Shown: positions 19,776 through 30,750, counted from the stretch's first letter. The stretch: 64,000 bases of DNA from Candidatus Bathyarchaeum tardum (GCA_024650005.2 CP122380.1:1664001-1728000); one strand, 5' to 3'. Program-made: numbers and translations. The notes: generated by a model from the sequence alone, not told the origin.

Positions 19776-20279
19776 GTGAATCCATTGGCTAAACAAAAAA
19801 AAACTATTACCCAAATTTCTTTGATGGCAGTAATGTCAGCCCTTGTTGCAGTTGGAACTTTAATAATCCGAATACCGAACCCAATGGGCGGATACTTTAA
19901 TGTTGGAGACGTGATGATTTTTGTTGCAGCATTAACATTTAATCCAATAGTTGGAGGCGTAGCAGGAGGATTAGGCTCAGCAATAGCAGATATTATAGGA
20001 TTTCCATTGTTTGCAATTCCAACATTAATAATCAAAGGAATAGAAGGACTGCTTGCAGGGTTAATATCAAACAAGAAAAATGTTTACAGGGACATTTTTG
20101 CAGTGATAGTCGCTGGAACAGAGATGGTTATCGGATATTTCTTGGTTGAAGTTTATCTTTGGGGTGTGGGTGCAGCCTTAGCAGAAGTTCCAGCAAATAT
20201 TGCCCAAATTGCTGTTGGCGGACTGGTTGGAATTCCAATTGCTTTAGTTTTGCGCAGGCGATTACCCGAACTCCTTTAA
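19776..20279 (+). CDS. ECF transporter S component, PdxU/HmpT-like
   Basis: IRIP..GGYFNVGD.MIF, GLGSAIAD, TLIIKG.EG, MVIGYFL.E, NIAQ; start GTG 19776 or TTG 19785. Confidence 0.88.
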   Translation: MNPLAKQKKTITQISLMAVMSALVAVGTLIIRIPNPMGGYFNVGDVMIFVAALTFNPIVGGVAGGLGSAIADIIGFPLFAIPTLIIKGIEGLLAGLISNKKNVYRDIFAVIVAGTEMVIGYFLVEVYLWGVGAALAEVPANIAQIAVGGLVGIPIALVLRRRLPELL

Positions 20280-20361
20280 CTGAAACATGCGTAAACGTTT
20301 TTTACTTAGCACATACAGTTCTTACTCTCAAAGCGTAAAATCCTAAGCGGACTGATAAAAA

Positions 20362-21084
20362 ATGGTTGGCGACGGAGTGAGGGATCCAAAAAAGCTGAAA
20401 AGGGTTAAAGTTGTTTTTCGGCTGGACCCTTCATCTGTTAAAGAAGTTTTAACTGCCGAAGGCTTTGAAGTTGTGGATAAAAACCCCGATTTTGTTGTTT
20501 GTTACGGAGGGGATGGCACGGTATTGTTTGGAGAAAGAGAGTATCCGGGCGTTCCAAAACTGATTCTGAAAACTTCAAGGGTATGCAGACCTTACGATTA
20601 TGATCCCAATAAATTGAGGGAATATTTGAAAAAAATCAAATCGGGCGATTATCAAATTTATACTGAAATGAAACTAGAGACAACAACTAAAGGCAAAAAA
20701 CTTGTTGGCCTTAATGAAATTCAGATTCATCTCAAGTTGCCGATTTATGCAGTTCGCTTTTCATTTTCTGTTAATGGAAAAAAATATGATGAACTAATCG
20801 GCGATGGCGTGATCGTTTCAACCCCTTTTGGTTCAACTGGATACTACAAAGCAACTGGAGGAAAAATCTTTGAAAAAGGAATTGGAATTTCCTTTAATAA
20901 TTTGCACAACAAAAAAGAGGCAAGTTTGGTTGTTCCAGAAGGTTCAGGAGTGAAATTAAAAGTCACTCGAGGACCTGCATGGCTACTTGCAGATAATAAT
21001 GAAGAGTTTATCGAATTGGACGCTGGTGATTCTGTGGAAATCAAAAAATCAGAAAGTGTCGCAAATTTCATTTACTTTTTTTGA
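20362..21084 (+). CDS. nadK: NAD kinase
   Basis: GGDGT, LNE, GDG, STPFGSTGY..ATGG. Confidence 0.85.
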   Translation: MVGDGVRDPKKLKRVKVVFRLDPSSVKEVLTAEGFEVVDKNPDFVVCYGGDGTVLFGEREYPGVPKLILKTSRVCRPYDYDPNKLREYLKKIKSGDYQIYTEMKLETTTKGKKLVGLNEIQIHLKLPIYAVRFSFSVNGKKYDELIGDGVIVSTPFGSTGYYKATGGKIFEKGIGISFNNLHNKKEASLVVPEGSGVKLKVTRGPAWLLADNNEEFIELDAGDSVEIKKSESVANFIYFF

Positions 21085-21294
21085 CAATATTTTCTATTAT
21101 CTGATGCTTTAAGTGCTAAAAATCGGTCACAGGGGATCTCGAATTTACGAGCTAGAAAACACTTTTAATATTTGTAGCACTGCACATCGGGTAAAATTCA
21201 GTTGGATGTTGTTGCTTGTTGTGTGCGCTTCTGCTTAAAGCTTTATATTTGTCGTTAGTCATTCAAGGTTTTAATCTGGTGTAGTGGATGAGCG

Positions 21295-24200
21295 GTGACC
21301 GCGAAATTCAATGCTAATTCTAAACTATCTTTGACCCCAAAATATGATCCACTTGAACTTGAAGCAAAGGTTCGTGCTTTTTGGGAAAAAAATCAAATCC
21401 CTAAAAAAATTGCTGAAACCCGAAAACAAAACAGCATAAAACAACTAGGCTACGTTGAAGGTCCCCCCACAATGAACGGGATACCCCATGTGGGACATGC
21501 CCGAGGACGGGTGATTAAAGATTTTCATTACCGCCTTAAAACCATGCAAAACTATTACGTCAGTTTCTGGGCAGGATGGGACACCCAAGGTCTCCCCGTA
21601 GAACTAGAAGTCGAAAAAACTCTGGGCGCGAAAAACAAAAAAGAACTTATCGCTCGAGTCGGAGAAGAAAAATTTGTGGAAGAATGCAAAAAAAGCATCA
21701 TGAAATACCACAAAGAATGGGTTACCGCAGACAATATGCTGGGGTTGTTTATTGACCACGACAAAGCGTACTACACCCATGAGGACCGTTACATAGAACG
21801 GGAATGGCAATACCTCAAACGAGCATGGGAACAAAACCTCCTAGGAGAAGGTCAATATGTTGTTGCATATTGCCCCCATTGCCAGACTTCCCTTAGTAAC
21901 GCAGAGGTAGGTTTAGGTTACAAAGAAGTAGAAGACCCTTCCATGCACTTCAAGTTCCGAGTAAAAGGAACACAAAACGAATATTTCATTGTCTGGACCA
22001 CTATGCCTTTCACCATCGTAACTGATCTGATAATTGGCGTAAACCCCAATGAAGACTACGTCAAAGTCAAGGTTGATAACGAAACATGGATACTGGCAAA
22101 ACAACGCGTTGAGCCAATCATGGAAATCCTAGAAATCGAAAATTATGAAATCATTGAAACCTTCAAAGGCAAAACTCTTGAAGGAATAAAATATGAATAT
22201 CCTCTCGCAGACCTGATTCCTAGACAGGCAGAGTTAGACCAACATCCGTTAATTCACACCGTCGTAACTGAAGACTTTGTTGATGTAACCACTGCAACCG
22301 GAATTGTTCACCTTGCTCCCGCAAACGGTGAAGACGACAATGCTGCAGCCCAAAAACGAGACCTGCCAACGTTTGTCCCTTTTGACGAACAAGCATTGTT
22401 CACCGAAGAAGCAGGCAAATTTGCTGGAAACTTTGTCCGTAAAACAGACATCATGGTAGTAGAAGAATTAGAAAAACAAGGCTTGCTTCTTAAAATCGGA
22501 AAAGTAATACATGAATATCCTACCTGCTGGCGCAGCCATCACAAACTGATTTGGATGGCACGACGGGAATACTTCATTTGGTCAAACAAAATTAACGACA
22601 AAGTAATGCAGGCTGCAAAGAAAGTAAAATATTTCTATGAAAGCCCAAAAAACAGGTTCTTTGCTTTTCTTAAAGAAGGAAAACCTTGGTGCATCTCCCG
22701 AGACCGGGTCTGGGGCTCACCTTTGCCTATATGGGTATGTGAAGAATGTGGCGAAAAAACTTTGGTGGCAACTAAACAAGAAATACGAGAAAAAGCCATT
22801 GACCTACCCTGCCAAGATTTTGAACTCCACAAACCCTGGATAGACCGAATCACCCTGAAATGTGAAAAATGTAACGGCAAAATGTTCAGGGAACCCTTCG
22901 TTTTGGATGTATGGCATAACAGCGGAGCTTCACCTTACGCACGATTCACTGACGAAGAATTCAACACGTTAGTTCCAACTAACTTTTTAACCGAAGCAGT
23001 AGACCAAACCCGAGGCTGGGCAAACTCTCTCCTGTTGGAAAATGTTATTCTAACTGGAAAACCTCAAGCCCCGTACGAAGAATTCTTGTTCCAAGGTTTC
23101 GTATTAGACGCCAAAGGCAGAAAAATGAGCAAAAGCCTAGGAAACGTTCTGGAAACCAAAAAACTGCTTCAAGAAAAATCTTCAGATATTACAAGATTTT
23201 ATTTCCTTTGGAAATGTTCCCCTATCGATTCCATGAATTTTGACCTAAACGAACTAAGAAAAAGACCCTATCAAGTTCTTAGTACCCTGTATCACTTGCA
23301 CAACTTTTTCATGCAAAACGCAGAATACGACCATTTCGACCCAACTATTAATACCCTACCTTGGGCGACAAACCAAAAACTTCTTACTGAACCCGACATG
23401 TGGCTTTTATCCAAAGTCCAAAAACTTGTCAGAAACTACACCAAAAAATCAGAAGAATGCGAATTCAATTTCGCCTTATCTGAACTCGAAGAATTTGTCG
23501 TCAACATCCTGAGCCGAGAATACGTTCCAATGGTCCGAAAAGACCTATGGAGCGACGAGCCTGAAACCCTCAATCGCAGACTCGCAGTTTACTCTACTCT
23601 TTGGCATACCCTAAAGACGCTGGTATTGCTGTTTAACCCAATCTGTCCGTTCCTCAGCGAAACATTGCATCAAGCAGTCTACAAAAAATTAGATTCTTCC
23701 CTTGCAGAAACCGTCAACCTAGAATATTGGCCAACCCCTGACACAAACCTTGAAAATGATGAACTAGAACAAGAATTTACCATTTTACAAGAAACTCTTC
23801 CTATCGTATATTCTGCCCGTCAAAACGCCCAACTTAAACGCCGATGGCCCTTAGCAAAACTAACAATAGTTGCACCAAAAGATGTTCAAAAGGCAATATC
23901 TAAATTGGAAAGCCTGTTTTTGGAACTTGCAAACGTAAAAACCGTTGAATATGCTGATGAACTTCCTGAACTTGACCCTGAATTATGGGCAACTGATTCT
24001 GAAGACCAAACACAGGTTCTGGTTTATAAAGTCCGAGACGACAAACTCGAAGGAGAAGGACTAATGCGAGATCTCGCCCGGCGCGTCCAAGCCCTCCGAA
24101 AAGACCTTGGATTCTCACCCACAGACATAGTTGATGCGGTGTACTTAGCAGAACTTGAACCCCGAAACGCTGAACTCTTGCAGCCTTTCATCGTTGAAAT

Positions 24201-24315
24201 GGAAGAACTTGTTCGCACCAAAAAAATCACCCTTCACGACAATCATGAAAACTTAAACGCCGACTGGCACGAAGACAAACTAGACAAAAAGAAACTTTAC
24301 CTTGCAGTTTTGTAA
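21295..24315 (+). CDS. ileS: Isoleucine--tRNA ligase
   Basis: EGPP..NG.PHVGH, GWDTQGLPVE, WTTMP, WCISRDR.WG, DQTRGW, KMSKS. Confidence 0.97.
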   Translation: MTAKFNANSKLSLTPKYDPLELEAKVRAFWEKNQIPKKIAETRKQNSIKQLGYVEGPPTMNGIPHVGHARGRVIKDFHYRLKTMQNYYVSFWAGWDTQGLPVELEVEKTLGAKNKKELIARVGEEKFVEECKKSIMKYHKEWVTADNMLGLFIDHDKAYYTHEDRYIEREWQYLKRAWEQNLLGEGQYVVAYCPHCQTSLSNAEVGLGYKEVEDPSMHFKFRVKGTQNEYFIVWTTMPFTIVTDLIIGVNPNEDYVKVKVDNETWILAKQRVEPIMEILEIENYEIIETFKGKTLEGIKYEYPLADLIPRQAELDQHPLIHTVVTEDFVDVTTATGIVHLAPANGEDDNAAAQKRDLPTFVPFDEQALFTEEAGKFAGNFVRKTDIMVVEELEKQGLLLKIGKVIHEYPTCWRSHHKLIWMARREYFIWSNKINDKVMQAAKKVKYFYESPKNRFFAFLKEGKPWCISRDRVWGSPLPIWVCEECGEKTLVATKQEIREKAIDLPCQDFELHKPWIDRITLKCEKCNGKMFREPFVLDVWHNSGASPYARFTDEEFNTLVPTNFLTEAVDQTRGWANSLLLENVILTGKPQAPYEEFLFQGFVLDAKGRKMSKSLGNVLETKKLLQEKSSDITRFYFLWKCSPIDSMNFDLNELRKRPYQVLSTLYHLHNFFMQNAEYDHFDPTINTLPWATNQKLLTEPDMWLLSKVQKLVRNYTKKSEECEFNFALSELEEFVVNILSREYVPMVRKDLWSDEPETLNRRLAVYSTLWHTLKTLVLLFNPICPFLSETLHQAVYKKLDSSLAETVNLEYWPTPDTNLENDELEQEFTILQETLPIVYSARQNAQLKRRWPLAKLTIVAPKDVQKAISKLESLFLELANVKTVEYADELPELDPELWATDSEDQTQVLVYKVRDDKLEGEGLMRDLARRVQALRKDLGFSPTDIVDAVYLAELEPRNAELLQPFIVEMEELVRTKKITLHDNHENLNADWHEDKLDKKKLYLAVL

Positions 24316-24337
24316 TTTTTTTTGGACTTTGTTCATC

Positions 24338-24841
24338 CTATTTTCTGGAAGGTAAAAAATACATTACACGGCTGACTAGACTAACCATTGTAGAAACGAT
24401 AACTCCAACTAAAACTATGCTGTGAACTATTTCCTGAGAAAAAAACAGCGTTAATCCAATTCCACCATACATGAGGCTGCCATAATATTTTCCGATGGGG
24501 TCATAACTTGTTTTTTTAAAGTAAATGCTGCTCAAAATGAATTGACCAAAAACTAAGCAAATCAATAAAACAATCCAGAATGGATAAATTCCTTTAATTA
24601 CAAAAATAAGAAACATTACTGTCACAAAAAGAAAATCTGCAGTTACATCAAAGTAGGAACCCAACTGGGAAGCTGTTTCATACTTTTTTGCCCAGTATCC
24701 ATCCAAAAAATCTGAAAACACTGCAAACAAAAACAACACATATGTTATTGAAGTTATTTCTTGGTTAAACGTGTAAACAAGAAAAGGTAACGCAATAATA
24801 CGAAAAGACGTTATTGCCCACGGCAAATTACCTTTATTCAA
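24338..24841 (-). CDS. CDP-alcohol phosphatidyltransferase family protein
   Basis: D.LDG..A.......G..FD..AD signature. Confidence 0.9.
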   Translation of the reverse strand: MNKGNLPWAITSFRIIALPFLVYTFNQEITSITYVLFLFAVFSDFLDGYWAKKYETASQLGSYFDVTADFLFVTVMFLIFVIKGIYPFWIVLLICLVFGQFILSSIYFKKTSYDPIGKYYGSLMYGGIGLTLFFSQEIVHSIVLVGVIVSTMVSLVSRVMYFLPSRK

Positions 24842-25409
24842 TTAGAATATCTCTTCCAGCTTGTTTTGCAAGCTCTAGGGGGTCACCTTCATTGGGTGCG
24901 CTAGTAAATAGCGACACAACATCCAAGACTGTTCCATGATGTTCGTCAACTATTTGTTGCATTGTCGCTTCAGCACCTCCATCACTGCCACCAGAAGTAA
25001 CCAACAACACTGTGTCGATCCCATTTAATTCACCAATTCTTTCAACATGACGCTGAATAGTTGCACTTGGACCGTCAGCATAAACTGGGGAACCCAAAAC
25101 CAACAAAGAATAACTTGACAAATCTGTTGGCGCCTGAGAACTCGCAGTGGTTATTTCCACTCGCCAACCATTTTCTACTAATCCATCTGCAAAAGCTTGA
25201 ACCGTATCTTCCATGAACGACGACAACCCCGGATGAAAAATTATCAAAACCGATTCAGTCCCGTTAGCGTTCATGACCTCTAGGTCGCTGGTGTAATCAC
25301 TGTTAATTTTAAAGAGAATAAATCCTAAAACCCCTGCTACAATTACGACAAAAGCTAAAATTGCAATAAGCAAAATTTGTTTCCATTTCTTTTGAGGCAA
25401 AAACTTCAT
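24834..25409 (-). CDS. Membrane-anchored flavodoxin-like protein
   Basis: N-terminal TM; LLVLGSPVY and TSGG flavodoxin strands. Confidence 0.75.
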   Translation of the reverse strand: MKFLPQKKWKQILLIAILAFVVIVAGVLGFILFKINSDYTSDLEVMNANGTESVLIIFHPGLSSFMEDTVQAFADGLVENGWRVEITTASSQAPTDLSSYSLLVLGSPVYADGPSATIQRHVERIGELNGIDTVLLVTSGGSDGGAEATMQQIVDEHHGTVLDVVSLFTSAPNEGDPLELAKQAGRDILIE

Positions 25410-25486
25410 TTTCGTTCCCCTAATTGAAAACTAGACGCTTAACTATATTAGTTTTTAGAACACAATAAAGTTACAGGCTGGAGAAT

Positions 25487-26467
25487 TTGCAGTTGCCACA
25501 AAACATCAAGTTCGGCGTGTTTCTTCCGTTTTATGCTTTCAAAAATAAAATACAGCCTACAAACTTGTTTAACCAACTGAAAAGTGTTGTTTTAAATTGT
25601 GAGCAACTAGGCTACGATTCAATTTGGATAGACGACCACCTGATGTTAGGAACAGCTCCAATTCTTGAATGTTGGACTACCCTTTCAGCCCTTGCTGTTG
25701 TCACTAAAAAAATCAAATTAGGCACCATGGTGACCTGTAATTCTTTCAGAAACCCTGCTTTACTTGCTAAAATGGCTGCAACATTTGATGTCTTGTCTAA
25801 CGGCAGACTAGAATTAGGCATCGGAGCAGGAGTCCAAAAAAACGAACATAACGCATACGGGTTCACGTTTTCGTCAAGCAAAGAAAGAATACAACGTTTG
25901 AATGAATCAGTGGAAATAATAAAGAAACTTTGGACCAAAGAACAGGCAAGCTATCAGGGAAAACATTACAAAATTAACAACGCCGTTTGTGAACCAAAAC
26001 CCCAGCAGAAACCACATCCTCCTATAATCATTGGTGGAGGAGGCGAAAAACTAACCCTGAAAATAACGGCTCGTCTTGCTGACAGATATGATTGGGGGTA
26101 TGTTCATTCTTTTGAAGAGTATGTGCATAAAATGCAGGTTCTTAAAAACCATTGTGCAGTTGTCGGCAGGAACATTGAAGAAATTGAAAAGTCATGTTGG
26201 CCTGTGGGGCAGATTTTTCTTGGTGCAACCAAAAGAGCTGCAAATAAACTAGTTTCCCAAATCTTGCCCATAGGAGTTCGTTTAGAAGAATTTACGCAAA
26301 CAAGTTTTGTTGGCACCCCCGAAGATTTCATGGACTTGATAAAGCCGTATGTAAAGTTGGGTGTGACACAATTTATGCTATTTTTTGGTGACCTACCAGA
26401 AACTACTGGTTTGGAATTATTCGCTCAAAAAGTTATTCGAACATATTCAAGTCAGTTCAGTAGGTAA
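25487..26467 (+). CDS. LLM-class (luciferase-like, probably F420-dependent) oxidoreductase
   Basis: GYDSIWIDDH, LGTMVTCNSFRNPALLAKMAAT.D.LS.GR..LGIGAG, PKP.Q.PHPPI.IGG. Confidence 0.92.
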   Translation: MQLPQNIKFGVFLPFYAFKNKIQPTNLFNQLKSVVLNCEQLGYDSIWIDDHLMLGTAPILECWTTLSALAVVTKKIKLGTMVTCNSFRNPALLAKMAATFDVLSNGRLELGIGAGVQKNEHNAYGFTFSSSKERIQRLNESVEIIKKLWTKEQASYQGKHYKINNAVCEPKPQQKPHPPIIIGGGGEKLTLKITARLADRYDWGYVHSFEEYVHKMQVLKNHCAVVGRNIEEIEKSCWPVGQIFLGATKRAANKLVSQILPIGVRLEEFTQTSFVGTPEDFMDLIKPYVKLGVTQFMLFFGDLPETTGLELFAQKVIRTYSSQFSR

Positions 26468-26472
26468 ATTGG

Positions 26473-27525
26473 TTACATTGGAACAATTGAAAGTATGAAC
26501 ACACCAACTAATACGATGGCGCCAATTTTTCTGTTTGTTGTAATTTCTGACACATCATCCAAAGGTCCGGGATGTTTAGTTGAAGACAAAAACAAGGCTA
26601 AAACAGCCATTGTCCACCACCCTATTAATGCTAACAGAACGATGCCCATGTATGAGATGATTTTGTGGGTTTTATCGTTCATCACGCTTCGGGCAACATG
26701 ACCCCCATCAAACATTCCTGATGGAACAAGATTAAGCATGGTTACGACCATGCCTACCCATCCTGCAAAAGCAACTGGATGTAACATTATTGCTTCTCCT
26801 GCACCATTAGGTTGAAAACCCATTAAGATAATTTGGAATAGCAAAGGAACAGGAAGGAGTGGTGTTTCAGGGTTCAATGGCCCATATGTGGACAGTTGTA
26901 TTCCTATGATTGTTACTATTGTTGCAATGATGAAACCTGTTATTGGTCCTGTGAAACCAATGTCAAAAAGGGCATCCCTGTTTGGTGGAAGGGCTTTTTG
27001 TCTAATAACTGCTCCAAAAGTTCCAATGCCATATGGAAAAGGAATTCCAGGAATAAAATAAGGATAAGTGGCGTCTACTTCATGTTTGTCTGCAAGCAGT
27101 TTATGTCCCATTTCATGAGTGCCCAATATCACCATAATAGCAATAGTGAATAATATGGCTCCTGCAATGTCGCCACCTGCTAGAAAATATCCTGAAATAA
27201 GCAATGTGATTATGGTTGCGAAAAACAATCCAACATTTATTATGTTTCTGCTGGGGTTCACGTGAGGTTTTGCAACAACTCGCAAAATGACTCTTCCGTT
27301 GTTTTTTCTTAAAATGGGTATAAGTTTTAAAGAATCCAATCGGTTTACTAATCTCAGGAAAGCCCGTTTTGTTTCTTGGTTGTATTTAATGTAAAATGTG
27401 GGAATTCCATGTTCAACGTAACTGTCTTCTATGTCAAATTCTGGAATAACAATGTTTTGGATTTCTTCAAATGTGGGGAACTTAATAGAATCAGAAAAAT
27501 CATTGTCAGAAAATGCACAGCACAT
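26473..27525 (-). CDS. Site-2 protease (peptidase M50)
   Basis: HEMGH, GTFGAVI, NLVP....DGGH. Confidence 0.92.
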   Translation of the reverse strand: MCCAFSDNDFSDSIKFPTFEEIQNIVIPEFDIEDSYVEHGIPTFYIKYNQETKRAFLRLVNRLDSLKLIPILRKNNGRVILRVVAKPHVNPSRNIINVGLFFATIITLLISGYFLAGGDIAGAILFTIAIMVILGTHEMGHKLLADKHEVDATYPYFIPGIPFPYGIGTFGAVIRQKALPPNRDALFDIGFTGPITGFIIATIVTIIGIQLSTYGPLNPETPLLPVPLLFQIILMGFQPNGAGEAIMLHPVAFAGWVGMVVTMLNLVPSGMFDGGHVARSVMNDKTHKIISYMGIVLLALIGWWTMAVLALFLSSTKHPGPLDDVSEITTNRKIGAIVLVGVFILSIVPM

Positions 27526-27717
27526 TATAACCTTGTATTGAAAGATTCTAATACTATTAGAACCTTATGTAGAATAAAGTAGCATTTTGATTTTTTAAGC
27601 GCACATCAAAAAATTGGCAGGATTTCATCTTCAAAAGTGATGAATAATGTTATTAACTCTTGAACATAATTTTTTCACTAGTCCGTAGGGTTTAAGGACT
27701 AGTTTGATTATCATGGC

Positions 27718-28896
27718 ATGACTATTCGATGGATGGTGACTAGGATTAGCCCGGAAATTTCTGGAGTAGGATATGTCGAACAAATCAATAACAATCTTCT
27801 CGCCTTAACAGCAGAGGATCTGCGCCCACTATATGAAACCTTGAGAACCGCCGACTGCATCGTTTGTGGAGGCTCGGGAAGGTCTCTTTATTCTTTGAAC
27901 ATCGCTATGAGCCAAATAGCTATGATGAACGACCACAAAGTTGTAATCAGCAGAGAAGATGTAGGATTTCCGGGGCGTGGAATGTATGATGCAGCATCTG
28001 AACTTGAAAGACGCCACAACAAAATCGTTTTGCTAATCAACTCCGGAAGTGGCAAATCCGACGACCCCATGCATCTTGCTGAAGAACTGGAAAAATACTT
28101 GAAAGAAACAGGCAGTAAAAGCTTCAGCATGGGTTTGATAACTTCTAACCGCAATTCTGTGCTTGCAGATATTGTAAACAAATACGGCAACACTATTGAA
28201 GTAAAAGGTCGAATCAAACAACAAGTACCCTCAACTGATGACTACAGCCAAATCGGAATAATGGGGGACATGTTTGAATTAGGCAGCCTATTTTTGTTGC
28301 AGATGATGGCTGAAGCAATATCAGAAAACAGTCCAGTTGAACGTGTTTTAGAACTAATAAAAGAAGAAGCACCCATTTTAACAGAAATCACTGAAAATTC
28401 AGCAAATTGTGAAGCCACTAAAGTAGCTGTAGACTTTCTTGAACGAGGTAGCGACGTGTTTCTAGGTGGACGCGGAACTGCTGAAGAAGTAGCAAAGATG
28501 ACTGCTGTGCGGCTGTTTCACCTAAAAAAGTTTCTGGGAGACAACGTTTACGTCGCCCGAGGTGTCAATACGCCTCATCCAAGAGCTGGAGACCTAGAAA
28601 TTTTAATTTCTTACTCAGGACGGACTAAACCTGTTGTTGGCTGGTGTAAACGCTTCAAAGAGCTAGGAGGAACTGTTCTTTCTATCATTGGAACTGAAGA
28701 TACCACATTAGAACAAAATTCTGACCTCACAATATTTCTAGGCGAAGCAGTTGAAAAGGGAAAGCCCCGACGTTTCTACATGCGAGCTGCATATGTTCTC
28801 AGCTGTTTGCCAATTCTATTGACTGCTCGGTTAAGCTCAAAAGGACTGATTATGCCGGAATACATCCTAAAATGGTATCATAGTGCAATAGAATAA
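27718..28896 (+). CDS. Tandem SIS-domain sugar-phosphate isomerase-like protein (HxlB-related)
   Basis: GSGRS and SGSGKS in the first half; GRGT..VAKM.AVRL.HL and SYSGRT in the second. Confidence 0.8.
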   Translation: MTIRWMVTRISPEISGVGYVEQINNNLLALTAEDLRPLYETLRTADCIVCGGSGRSLYSLNIAMSQIAMMNDHKVVISREDVGFPGRGMYDAASELERRHNKIVLLINSGSGKSDDPMHLAEELEKYLKETGSKSFSMGLITSNRNSVLADIVNKYGNTIEVKGRIKQQVPSTDDYSQIGIMGDMFELGSLFLLQMMAEAISENSPVERVLELIKEEAPILTEITENSANCEATKVAVDFLERGSDVFLGGRGTAEEVAKMTAVRLFHLKKFLGDNVYVARGVNTPHPRAGDLEILISYSGRTKPVVGWCKRFKELGGTVLSIIGTEDTTLEQNSDLTIFLGEAVEKGKPRRFYMRAAYVLSCLPILLTARLSSKGLIMPEYILKWYHSAIE

Positions 28897-28911
28897 AACA
28901 AAAAAGTGGTT

Positions 28912-28935
28912 ACAGCAGGAAAAAATATCTGCTGT
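28912..28935. terminator. Inverted repeat between convergent genes
   Basis: ACAGCAG-N10-CTGCTGT. Confidence 0.4.
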
Positions 28936-30597
28936 TTATATGCCTTTTTTCAGTATGCTTCCCTTGTGGGCAGACTGAACCATCTGAGAATAACGCGCCA
29001 AATAACCCGTTTTAACGTTGGGTTCTTTTGTGGTCCATGTTTTCGCTCTTTTTTCTAATTCTTCTTGGCTTAGTTTTACGCGTAGGGCTCTGTTAGGAAC
29101 ATCAATTTCAATTATATCCCCATCTTTAACTAAACCTATTGCTCCACCAACAGCAGCTTCAGGTGCCACATGCCCAATGCATGGTCCTCGAGTAGCGCCA
29201 GAAAACCGTCCATCAGTAATCAAAGCAACAGATTCACTCAAACCCATGCCTGCAATGCTCGCAGTGGGCGTAAGCATCTCTCGCATGCCCGGACCACCTT
29301 TTGGTCCCTCGTAACGGATAACAACAACATCGCCCTGTTTGATTTTTTTGCTCAGTATTGCTTTCATTGCTGCTTCTTCAGAATCAAAGGTTTTAGCTGG
29401 ACCACTGTGAATCATCATGTTCGCAGATATTCCAGCTGCTTTAACTACTGCCCCGTCAGCTGCCAAGTTTCCTGTTAGAACAGCTATTCCCCCTTCTTTG
29501 TGCACTGGATTATCTACTCGACGAATAACTTCTGTGTCATTTACAACGACGTTTTTGATGTTTTCTTTTACAGGTTTTCCAGTTACCGTTTTCTGGTCGA
29601 GGTAAAGGGAAGCTTTGAGATTTTTCATTACTGCAGGGATTCCTCCTGCTTGGTCTAGTTGTTGCATGTCGTAGGGTCCGCTGGGTATCATGCTGCAGAT
29701 ATGAGGAACTTGTTTGCTTAGTTTATCAAACATAGATAAAGGCAAGTCAACTCCTGCCTCGTTTGCGATAGCAGTCACATGCAATACTGTGTTTGTTGAG
29801 CCCCCTAATGCCATGTCAACCATGATTGCATTCTTGAAAGCATTAGCTGTTAGGATGTCCTTTGGTTTGAGATCTTCTGTTATCATGCTGACAATGCGTT
29901 CTCCTGTTTCTTTGGCGATTCGCATTCTTTGTGCACTAACTGCTACTGGAGTAGCACTACCAGTTAACGACATGCCTAATGCTTCAGTTACGCAAGCCAT
30001 AGTGTTTGCAGTAAACATTCCATTGCATGAGCCACAGGTAGGGCATGCAACATCTTCTAAACACTTCAATTCTGTTTCATCCATTTTGCCTGCAGCAACT
30101 TTACCTATTGCTTCAAACATGGAATCGGTTCCCACTTTTTTGCCCTTGTAGGTGCCCGACAGCATTGGACCTCCGGTTACCATTATTGCTGGAATGTTGA
30201 GTCTAGCTGCAGCCATTAACATGCCGGGGGTGATTTTGTCACAGGTGCTAATCATAACTATGCCGTCAAACCTGTGGGCTTGAACCATAATTTCCACAGA
30301 ATCTGCAATCAGTTCCCTTGAAGGCAAGGAATATCTCATTCCATTGTGACCCATGGCGATGCCGTCACAAACGCCTATGGTGTTGAATTCAAAAGGTACT
30401 CCACCTGCAGATATTATGCCTGCTTTTACTGCGTCAGCAACCTGTTTTAGGTGAATGTGACCGGGAACAATATCTGTGAAGCTGTTTACAACTCCAATGA
30501 ATGGTTTAACAATATCTTTGTCTCCTAGCCCAAGAGCCTTCAATAAGGCGCGGTGAGGGGCTCGCTCAAAACCAACTTTTACTGCGTCGCTTCTCAA
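28936..30597 (-). CDS. ilvD: Dihydroxy-acid dehydratase
   Basis: [41 protein letters not shown]. Confidence 0.98.
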   Translation of the reverse strand: MRSDAVKVGFERAPHRALLKALGLGDKDIVKPFIGVVNSFTDIVPGHIHLKQVADAVKAGIISAGGVPFEFNTIGVCDGIAMGHNGMRYSLPSRELIADSVEIMVQAHRFDGIVMISTCDKITPGMLMAAARLNIPAIMVTGGPMLSGTYKGKKVGTDSMFEAIGKVAAGKMDETELKCLEDVACPTCGSCNGMFTANTMACVTEALGMSLTGSATPVAVSAQRMRIAKETGERIVSMITEDLKPKDILTANAFKNAIMVDMALGGSTNTVLHVTAIANEAGVDLPLSMFDKLSKQVPHICSMIPSGPYDMQQLDQAGGIPAVMKNLKASLYLDQKTVTGKPVKENIKNVVVNDTEVIRRVDNPVHKEGGIAVLTGNLAADGAVVKAAGISANMMIHSGPAKTFDSEEAAMKAILSKKIKQGDVVVIRYEGPKGGPGMREMLTPTASIAGMGLSESVALITDGRFSGATRGPCIGHVAPEAAVGGAIGLVKDGDIIEIDVPNRALRVKLSQEELEKRAKTWTTKEPNVKTGYLARYSQMVQSAHKGSILKKGI

Positions 30598-30750
30598 CTA
30601 TTAACCCTCGTAATTGATTAACCTAAGACTGACTTGTTCTGTTAAATGTTTTGACTTGCCTGAAGTTACTGTTTTTTATGTATAGAATATTTTCAGCTGC
30701 AGTTAAGTTTGATGTTTGAACTTTTTTAAACAAACACACCCTATCTTTTA

